NCBI GenBank assembly: GCA_965204375.1
Contig: OZ241986.1
Coordinates: forward strand, 2,752,001 to 2,816,000
Direction: 5' to 3'
DNA from: Candidatus Latescibacterota bacterium
GTDB taxonomy: Bacteria > Latescibacterota > UBA2968
Length of the DNA stretch: 64,000 bases
The position numbers were made by a program, and so were the translations under genes. Below, piece after piece: positions 57,046 through 64,000 of the stretch. A model generated the notes under the pieces. It was not told the DNA's origin. It saw nothing but the letters and a program-made list of their open reading frames with translations, and made no database searches. How positions within the stretch are numbered: the first letter of the stretch is position 1; each line of letters opens with the position of its first letter.

Positions 57046-58151
57046 CTCAGCAATTACCACATTCAAATCAACTTGATATTGCGACACTGAGCGGATTATT
57101 CAGGCATACGACCAATTCATACAAGTATCTCTTTTTCTTTTCGCTACTGACTTTGTTAAAGGATAGAAATTTAGAGCTTGATAACGGCATCCTATTGAAA
57201 GATATAGAGATTGAGATGCTGGTTACTGCCTGGTATCCACAGGTCTTTTTTAAACTGTCATTTGGCACTCAGGACCAAATTTCTTCAGCTTTGCAATTGA
57301 TTCCACCTATTGACAATGATCAAAATGTGTTGTCTAAGACGGGGCGCAATAAGTTGCGAAGACATCTTGCCTTTTATGGTGAAGTTCTGGATTACAAATT
57401 GATGCGTTATGTCCCCCACCGGATTTTGCGCTCGTTTTTTGCTGTAGAAACCAGAGGTATGCCGGATCAAAAGGTAAACCGGGAAGTTTCCAAACTCGCT
57501 GCCGAACAGTTTTATGATCGACGCCCACTTTTCCGTTTTGATGATTCTGAGGAATGTATCTTTTTGCATCCAGACTGGATCGTTTATTTAGAGCAACATC
57601 TAACAATTCTTGAAGGTTGGACACTGTGGCATTGGGCAGATTATATGCAGCGACGCAACCCGGGTATTCCTGCTGTAACGCGAAAATTATTTCCGCCAGA
57701 TAAGAGAGAGTCTCTTAATGCACAGCGAAAGTTTTGGGATACTGTTATTGACAAAACGAATATTCGATGTATTTACACTGGAAAAAAGCTGGATCACGGT
57801 TATGATTTGGATCACTTTTTGCCCTGGAAGTTTGTAGCGCACAATCAGTTGTGGAATCTCATTCCCGTTGATCCCCGCGCAAATAGTTCTAAAAGCGACC
57901 ATCTTCCATCAGAAATCTACATTGATCGCTTGGCTGAAACCCAGCGCGCTGCGCTGTCTATCGCCCGAGATAGTTTTAGCAATAACAAATGGAAAAAAGA
58001 CGTGGAGCCTTATATTGCAGATCTGCATATTGAAAAGCCCGAGGACACTCTGGATTTTGAAAAATTGAGATTTTCCTATCGCAGAACCCTGGAGCCTCTT
58101 ATATCAATTGCAGAGCAGCAAGGATTTCACTGCGGGTGGACTTATGGATGA
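57042..58151 (+). CDS. HNH endonuclease with a large helical N-terminal domain
   Basis: TNSYKYLF; CIYTG..LDHFLPW..HNQLWNL..ANSSKSD. Confidence 0.85.
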   Translation: MTQQLPHSNQLDIATLSGLFRHTTNSYKYLFFFSLLTLLKDRNLELDNGILLKDIEIEMLVTAWYPQVFFKLSFGTQDQISSALQLIPPIDNDQNVLSKTGRNKLRRHLAFYGEVLDYKLMRYVPHRILRSFFAVETRGMPDQKVNREVSKLAAEQFYDRRPLFRFDDSEECIFLHPDWIVYLEQHLTILEGWTLWHWADYMQRRNPGIPAVTRKLFPPDKRESLNAQRKFWDTVIDKTNIRCIYTGKKLDHGYDLDHFLPWKFVAHNQLWNLIPVDPRANSSKSDHLPSEIYIDRLAETQRAALSIARDSFSNNKWKKDVEPYIADLHIEKPEDTLDFEKLRFSYRRTLEPLISIAEQQGFHCGWTYG

Positions 58152-58212
58152 ACCTTCTACACTATCACTAAAGTGGGGTGACTCCAGATCGTCCCATCAC
58201 AGGAGCGTCCTA

Positions 58213-59466
58213 ATGAAAAACGAATTCATACCAGCACTGAGAGCTTGCATGGGCGATTGGATCTACTATGTCACATTCTTACGGATGGAGCAAATCGTAG
58301 ATCGAATCAGCATTGCTCAGGAAATCCATTCGAGCAAAGTGCTCAAGGACATGGTTCAGGCTCAGATTACTGACAGATCCAAACAAATCTCTGACTACCT
58401 GTTAAAACAGCCTCAGCGATTCTTCAATGCTCTCATCGTTGGAGTTTATGGCGGTTCGCCAGATTGGTATGAATTGGATATTAGAACAAATCACCTGTTT
58501 GATGCAGAGGCTCTTCCGAGAGAGTTGGACGGTGTTCTCGGTTTTCTGCGGCTTGATGGGACGGAAACCCTTTTTGCAATTGACGGGCAACATCGCGTCG
58601 AGGGAATTAAACAGGCACTTCAAGAGAATGCTGAATTAAAACAAGAAGAAGTTAGCACTATCTTTGTTGCCCACCGGAATGATCCGGTCGGTATGGAGCG
58701 AACACGCCGTCTTTTTACGACCTTGAACAGGTATGCCAAACCCGTTAGTAAAAGTGAAATCGTCGCGCTGGATGAGGACGATATCCTCGCAATCACGACG
58801 CGGGAATTGGTTGAAAAACATCCCCTCTTTCAAGAGAAAATATCACTCTCAAAAACGAAGGCAGTTGCCGTTCGGGATAACAGAAGTTTTACAACGATCA
58901 TTACTCTTTATGATGTCTTGGAAATTTTATTCCGTACAAAAGGAAGGGGATGGACTGACTTCAAACGGCACCGTCCGGATGATGATGAGATATCTGAATT
59001 TTATGCCAAAAGCACAAGCTTCTGGGACACAATGATTGAATATTTTCCACCCTTAGGAGAAGTTCAAGTGAGTCAACCCGGTGAGGATATTGCGGGACGT
59101 TATCGCCATCGAGAAGGGGGACATTTGCTATTCAGACCTGTTGGGCTTTTGATTATTGCTCACGTTGTCAGGCAAGCGAAGGATTCGGGTTTATCTGAAA
59201 AAGAAGCCATTAAACGGATCTCAGAAATTTCAATGGAACTGACGGATGATCCATGGGTTGGTTTGCTATGGGACAATACCAATCACCGAATGATCAGCGA
59301 AACGACTCGCCAAAAGGTTGCGAAGTACCTTCTTTTTTATATGATTGGGGGCAATCTGAGTGAAATGAAAACAAGCACTGATGGTCTCCAACAGGAATAT
59401 GCAGGGCTACTCAACAGAGCTAAATCCGAAGTGGATTTAGCTAGATACTACTCATCTCTTCCCTAA
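58213..59466 (+). CDS. DGQHR-domain protein (DndB/ParB-like)
   Basis: MGDWIYY, YLLKQPQRFFNALIV, AIDGQHR, RRLFTTLNRYAKPV; SD AGGAG (alternative ATG at 58144). Confidence 0.85.
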   Translation: MKNEFIPALRACMGDWIYYVTFLRMEQIVDRISIAQEIHSSKVLKDMVQAQITDRSKQISDYLLKQPQRFFNALIVGVYGGSPDWYELDIRTNHLFDAEALPRELDGVLGFLRLDGTETLFAIDGQHRVEGIKQALQENAELKQEEVSTIFVAHRNDPVGMERTRRLFTTLNRYAKPVSKSEIVALDEDDILAITTRELVEKHPLFQEKISLSKTKAVAVRDNRSFTTIITLYDVLEILFRTKGRGWTDFKRHRPDDDEISEFYAKSTSFWDTMIEYFPPLGEVQVSQPGEDIAGRYRHREGGHLLFRPVGLLIIAHVVRQAKDSGLSEKEAIKRISEISMELTDDPWVGLLWDNTNHRMISETTRQKVAKYLLFYMIGGNLSEMKTSTDGLQQEYAGLLNRAKSEVDLARYYSSLP

Positions 59467-59520
59467 AACTGTGATATCTTAACTCGCCGTTGGTAAATCG
59501 AAATAATTAAAAAAAATGAA

Positions 59521-59550
59521 AAGCTCGGTGGGATGTATCCACCGGGTTTT
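59521..59550. repeat. Palindromic repeat, copy 1
   Basis: AAGCTCGGTGGGATGTATCCACCGGGTTTT; 25/30 identical to copy 2. Confidence 0.6.
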
Positions 59551-59875
59551 TGTTTTAGAGAGCATAAAACAGAATCCGAAAATGAGTAAAAAAGAATTCG
59601 CATCAGACCGCTATTTTTTTTAATGTAAAAATCTTTCACGATACCCATCATTCATGGATCAAAACGTACACTTTTGTATTCCGGTGCGTTCCGTTTGTAT
59701 GTGCCTCCAAAGGCGATCCGTACATTCAAGTTAAGGGCGTAATACAGCATATTAAAAGCATGATGAGGGGTACTTGAGCTTCTGTTCATATAATTTATCG
59801 CGCCATTCTGTGATGTTGGCGCGATATTTGCTTTGTGTCTGATAAAATTCACCCATCAGACATAGGGCATTTCAC

Positions 59876-60769
59876 ATGGCCGAATATGACTCTGTCTCCA
59901 AAGATCTCATACAGACCTATCCCAAAGACTTCATCCGACTCACATTTGGACAGGACGATGTAGAAGTCATAGACATATTTGACACAGAGCAAAACACGGT
60001 TGATACACGACATACCGATAGCCTCATCCGCGTCCATATCGCGGGCAAGGAGGCATTGGTGCATCACGAGTTTCAAACCACTGACGATCCATCTATGCCG
60101 CTGCGCATGGCGGGCTATATTATACGTGCGATAGAGCGTCACAACTTGCCGATTTATTCCAGTGTGATCTATTTGCGGCGCAGTGCGGGTCGGCGCGATC
60201 CGGGGTACTTTATTCATGAAATATCCGGCCGTCCCGTTTTGATGGAATACACAGTGATTCGGCTGGGAGAGATAGAGGGACAGGATATTATAGATGGTGG
60301 ACCTTCGGGCTTATTTCCGTTTGCATCGTTGATGAAACGTCCTGCTGGGATAGATTCGGAGGCGTGGTTACATCACTGTGTTGACGCGACAAATGCCTTG
60401 CCGGTGGATGAATCAATAAAGGTTGACTTTTTGGGCAGGTTGATGATATTGAGTGGGTTAGAGTATGATCCGAGACTGATCAATCGTATTCTATTACAGG
60501 AGGGTCTTATGGATGCTATTATGCGCGAGTCATCGTTTGCACAATACATTAAGCAACTGGGTATTGAGCAAGGTATTGAGCAAGGGGAAAGAAGAAGCAC
60601 GATCGAAGCGATCCTCGAAGTGTTGGAGATTCGATTTGACCTGAGCGAAGCGCACCCCTTATCCGTTCGCATTGCCGCCATTGACGATTTGCAACGCCTG
60701 AAGCAGTTGCTCCGCACGGCGATCCAGATATCCAGCCTTGAGGCATTTGAGCAAACGTTGGATGCGTGA
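59876..60769 (+). CDS. Rpn/YhgA-like PD-(D/E)XK nuclease
   Basis: YDSVSKDL, HTDSL, HHEFQT, MPLRMAGY, C-terminal GIEQGIEQGE. Confidence 0.8.
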   Translation: MAEYDSVSKDLIQTYPKDFIRLTFGQDDVEVIDIFDTEQNTVDTRHTDSLIRVHIAGKEALVHHEFQTTDDPSMPLRMAGYIIRAIERHNLPIYSSVIYLRRSAGRRDPGYFIHEISGRPVLMEYTVIRLGEIEGQDIIDGGPSGLFPFASLMKRPAGIDSEAWLHHCVDATNALPVDESIKVDFLGRLMILSGLEYDPRLINRILLQEGLMDAIMRESSFAQYIKQLGIEQGIEQGERRSTIEAILEVLEIRFDLSEAHPLSVRIAAIDDLQRLKQLLRTAIQISSLEAFEQTLDA

Positions 60770-60811
60770 CGCGATTATATATGGAATTTTGGAATTTTGA
60801 ACTATATGAAT

Positions 60812-60841
60812 AAGCCCAGTGGGATGTATCCAGTGGGCTTT
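60812..60841. repeat. Palindromic repeat, copy 2
   Basis: AAGCCCAGTGGGATGTATCCAGTGGGCTTT. Confidence 0.6.
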
Positions 60842-60922
60842 TATTTTCGAGAACATCATTCAGCAAAGTAAAAAGATGAGTACGCACAGCACAACGTTAG
60901 TATAGCCTGGAGTAAGGGCCCT

Positions 60923-63130
60923 ATGATAGAAAAACACGACATGACAGAGGAACAAATTCGCAGCTATTACGGGTGGGCAGAAATCGATCCAGACCGGGCG
61001 GTTATAGCCGGAGAAACGGGCACCTGGCGCATTGTATATCACGTGGGCAAATACGGAATAGACGATGGCGGCGTAATCAAAATCGCGTGGCGCGACGTAA
61101 GCGACTGGCAGCGACCGCAATTTGACGACCCCTCCGCGCCTGCTTATGCATCGGTCTCGACCACAGGACCGGCGACCTTGAAAGCCGTATTTGACAGACA
61201 GCGCTATATTCGACCGTGGCGATATTGCGTCACCATCGATGTATTTGACGACTCACTGTCAGAAGGCGACACCGTCACACTAATATTGGGTGACACATCC
61301 GGCGGAAGCGCGGGCAGCCGCGCCCAAACCTTTTGCAAAGATGCGTTTGAATTTCGGGTATCGGTTGACTGGTGCGGCACATGGGTATATACAGAAGTAC
61401 CATCCCCCAAAGTACCAATCATAAGCGGTGCGCCCAATAAACTCGTCGTACTGGGACCTTCTGAAACAACGACGGGGGAAACCACCTGGATCGGAATAAA
61501 AGCCGAAGACATCTGGGGCAATCCGTGTGCGGAATACAGGGGCACAGTAAAAATCGACGCCGATGGCCTGCACGGACTACCCGAAACTTATGTATTTGAG
61601 CCAGAGCATCGCGGCGTCATGCGATTTGAAAATGTGACAGCCCCCACACCGGACATATATCGCGTACAGGTCCAGGACGAAAACAACGACTTTGAGGCAG
61701 AATGTAATCCACTCATAAGCATTGAAACGCGCAAAAACGCGCAACCCTTTTGGGGCGATCTCCACGGGCAAAGCGAGGAAACCGTGGGAACCAATCCGGT
61801 CTCATCCTACTTTCGTTTTGCGCGAGAAAAAGCGTGGATGGATTTTGTAGGACATCAGGGCAATGACTTCCAGATTACAGAAGCAATCTGGAACGAAATC
61901 AAACACCAGGCCAATACCCAAAATACTGCGGGCAAATTCGTCGCCTTTGTCGGTTGGGAATGGTCGGGCAACACGCCTTTGGGCGGCGATCACAACGTCT
62001 ATTATCCCGGCGACGATGGACCGTTGCACCGCTCCAGCCATGTCCTCATCGAAGACAAATCAGATATAGATACAGATTGTCAGCACATAACCGACCTCTA
62101 CCGCGCACTCAGGAGAAAAGACGCGCTCCTGATACCCCATGTGGGCGGGCGCTATGCCAACCTGACCTGGCACGACCCAAACCTGGAGACCGTAATCGAG
62201 GTTTTATCCGAATGGGGCGAATTTGAATGGTTCCTAAAAGAAGCCCTTGAAAAAGGCTATCGCATCGGATTCACCTGCGGCAGTGACGACCACAAAGGCC
62301 GCCCGGGTGCCGCACATCCGGGCAGCGGCGCATTTGGCATTTACGGCGGAATCACATGTGTATATGCAAAAGAACTGACGCGAGAAAGCTTATGGAAAGG
62401 AATAAAAACAAGGCGGTGTTACGGCACCAGTGGACAGCGCATCCTCATAGACGTCACCGTAGGTGGACAGCCCATGGGATCGGACCTCGCAACCAACACA
62501 CCACCCGAAATCGCCGTCAGTGTTTGGGGCACTGCGCCAATAGAAAAAGTGGATATCTTCAGAGGCACGGAAATCATTTATACACATCCCCAAACCATTC
62601 CCCGGCAACAAACAGACATACGCATTGCGTGGTCCGGACAGCGCATCCGGGCGCGCAACCGACTCGTGCGCTGGGATGGCGAGGTAACAATAGATAAAGG
62701 GCGAATCACAGACGCCAGAGGCTTTGCATTTGATTCCGCATCCGAAGGCATTCAATCTGCCGACGACCAATCGGTAACCTGGACATCGGTAACAACCGGC
62801 GATGCCGACGGCATCATTTTAACCCTGGACGCTCCCCCCGATGCAACAATCAATTTTGGAACACCCGTCTTGTCGCAAGCGTTAAAACTTACAGAGATCG
62901 CACAAGGACCGGTTGTAATCGACGCAGGCGGTATTGATATGAAGGTCGTATTTGAACAAATGCCCACAGGCATTGGACGCGACATCGCATTTACTCATAC
63001 TGAGAACCAGTTACATCCCGGCTGTCATCCCTATTGGGTGCGCGTAACGCAAATTGATGGCGGAAAAGCGTGGGTGAGTCCGGTATATGTGAAGTGTGAT
63101 CCGCAGATGACGCAGAAAAAACGCGAGTAA
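60923..63130 (+). CDS. DUF3604 / PHP-like metallohydrolase
   Basis: WGDLHGQS, GWEWS, GDHNV, LIPH, GSDDHKGRPG, R.YGTSG. Confidence 0.75.
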   Translation: MIEKHDMTEEQIRSYYGWAEIDPDRAVIAGETGTWRIVYHVGKYGIDDGGVIKIAWRDVSDWQRPQFDDPSAPAYASVSTTGPATLKAVFDRQRYIRPWRYCVTIDVFDDSLSEGDTVTLILGDTSGGSAGSRAQTFCKDAFEFRVSVDWCGTWVYTEVPSPKVPIISGAPNKLVVLGPSETTTGETTWIGIKAEDIWGNPCAEYRGTVKIDADGLHGLPETYVFEPEHRGVMRFENVTAPTPDIYRVQVQDENNDFEAECNPLISIETRKNAQPFWGDLHGQSEETVGTNPVSSYFRFAREKAWMDFVGHQGNDFQITEAIWNEIKHQANTQNTAGKFVAFVGWEWSGNTPLGGDHNVYYPGDDGPLHRSSHVLIEDKSDIDTDCQHITDLYRALRRKDALLIPHVGGRYANLTWHDPNLETVIEVLSEWGEFEWFLKEALEKGYRIGFTCGSDDHKGRPGAAHPGSGAFGIYGGITCVYAKELTRESLWKGIKTRRCYGTSGQRILIDVTVGGQPMGSDLATNTPPEIAVSVWGTAPIEKVDIFRGTEIIYTHPQTIPRQQTDIRIAWSGQRIRARNRLVRWDGEVTIDKGRITDARGFAFDSASEGIQSADDQSVTWTSVTTGDADGIILTLDAPPDATINFGTPVLSQALKLTEIAQGPVVIDAGGIDMKVVFEQMPTGIGRDIAFTHTENQLHPGCHPYWVRVTQIDGGKAWVSPVYVKCDPQMTQKKRE

Positions 63131-63180
63131 TTTGAGCGTTTTACGCAGATGAAAAAGGAACATAAAAACAGGAGATATAA

Positions 63181-64000
63181 ATGAACGAATACGCAGTCAC
63201 ATTCACCGAACGTGAAACCGCAAAATTGCTACCAGTTGAAATCGATACAGACGCGATCGGTGCAAACGAAGTCGCGGGTCATACCCTTGCAACCCTCATC
63301 AGCGCGGGCACGGAATTAAACAGCGGGTATCTCGGCAACAATTTTCCCAAGCAATCGGGATACGCGGCGGCCTTCAAAGTTGAAAAAGTGGGAAAAAATG
63401 TCTCGGGCATTTCTCCGGGCGACCTCGTCTTCTGCCCGGGCAATCACGCCTCCTATCAGCGAAAGCCCGCCTCGCAGGTAATTCGCCTGCCCGACAACCT
63501 CACGCCAGAAACATCTGTATTTGCCCGCATGATGGGCGTCTCAATGACCACCCTCACAACCACCTCGGCGCGGCCACCCGCCAAAATTCTCATCACTGGA
63601 CTCGGACTCGTCGGCCATCTCGCAGCCAAAAACTTTCAAGCCTGCGGATACGACGTCTATGCCTGTGACCCGGTTGAATCGCGGCGGCAAATTGCCTCAG
63701 AAACGGGAATTCACAATGTACTGGATGCCGTGCCCCTGGAAAATCCCGACCTCTCGGGCCAATTTCACCTCGCCATTGAATGCTCGGGACACGAACAGGC
63801 CCTGCTCGATGCGGCAGGCGCCGTGAGAAAACGCGCCGAAGTCGTTTGCATTGCCACCCCCTGGCGTCGATTCACAGACCTGCTCATACACGACTTGCAC
63901 CACCTCATCTTCTTTAACTACGTCACCATTCGCAGCGGCTGGGAATGGGAACTGCCGCGCCAGCCAGAGGACTTTCGCACCAACAGCGTTTTTGAAAACT
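63181..64000 (+). CDS. MDR (zinc-binding alcohol dehydrogenase-like) oxidoreductase, 3-prime truncated
   Basis: Translated by hand from ATG 63181 (SD AGGAG): LISAGTE, GYAAA..VG..V..PGDLV, GLGLVG. Confidence 0.8.
   Translation, partial: MNEYAVTFTERETAKLLPVEIDTDAIGANEVAGHTLATLISAGTELNSGYLGNNFPKQSGYAAAFKVEKVGKNVSGISPGDLVFCPGNHASYQRKPASQVIRLPDNLTPETSVFARMMGVSMTTLTTTSARPPAKILITGLGLVGHLAAKNFQACGYDVYACDPVESRRQIASETGIHNVLDAVPLENPDLSGQFHLAIECSGHEQALLDAAGAVRKRAEVVCIATPWRRFTDLLIHDLHHLIFFNYVTIRSGWEWELPRQPEDFRTNSVFEN

Noticed and set aside
37028-59466. queE plus DGQHR as a dpd (7-deazaguanine DNA modification) cluster
   Set aside because: About 20 kb apart across core genes; no dpdA, queC, queD or folE in the window
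59551-59572. GTTTTAGAG resembling the start of a type II CRISPR repeat
   Set aside because: Single short hairpin; no repeat-spacer periodicity and no cas genes

Overview
Bacterial chromosome window of mostly moderate GC. The gene repertoire (PhyH-HEAT fusion, dockerin-like EF-hand plus cadherin secreted protein, many Gfo/Idh/MocA and sugar-acid enzymes, Uma2 and Rpn nucleases, futalosine menaquinone pathway) suggests a Latescibacterota/Poribacteria/Gemmatimonadota-like organism; this is inference only. 1-31 kb is accessory carbohydrate and uronate metabolism, with a TonB receptor/TPR operon, an intact IS256 with a 9-bp target duplication, and a sigma54-activator/lyase module. 31-37 kb holds STAS-wHTH, nurA, HAS-barrel, herA and GT2. 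38-56 kb is core: thrS-infC-rpmI-rplT, zapB-like-zapA-rny-ymdB-xseAB-nadK-recN-mqnECA, rarA. 56.6-60.8 kb is an AT-richer HTH-HNH-DGQHR islet plus an Rpn gene. Best leads: (1) an orphan sigma-region-4 regulator under a leader-peptide/anti-SD switch, bracketed by a 22-bp repeat and micro-ORFs, with a second micro-ORF unit at 9.4 kb sharing the C-terminal SPP[IV]x-stop; (2) a plant-type galacturonokinase coupled to a nucleotidyltransferase; (3) a soluble propeller-AAA+ sigma54 activator with its -24/-12 promoter and palindromic sites; (4) a triple-RidA protein; (5) the HNH-DGQHR islet. All family calls come from motif recognition, not database searches.
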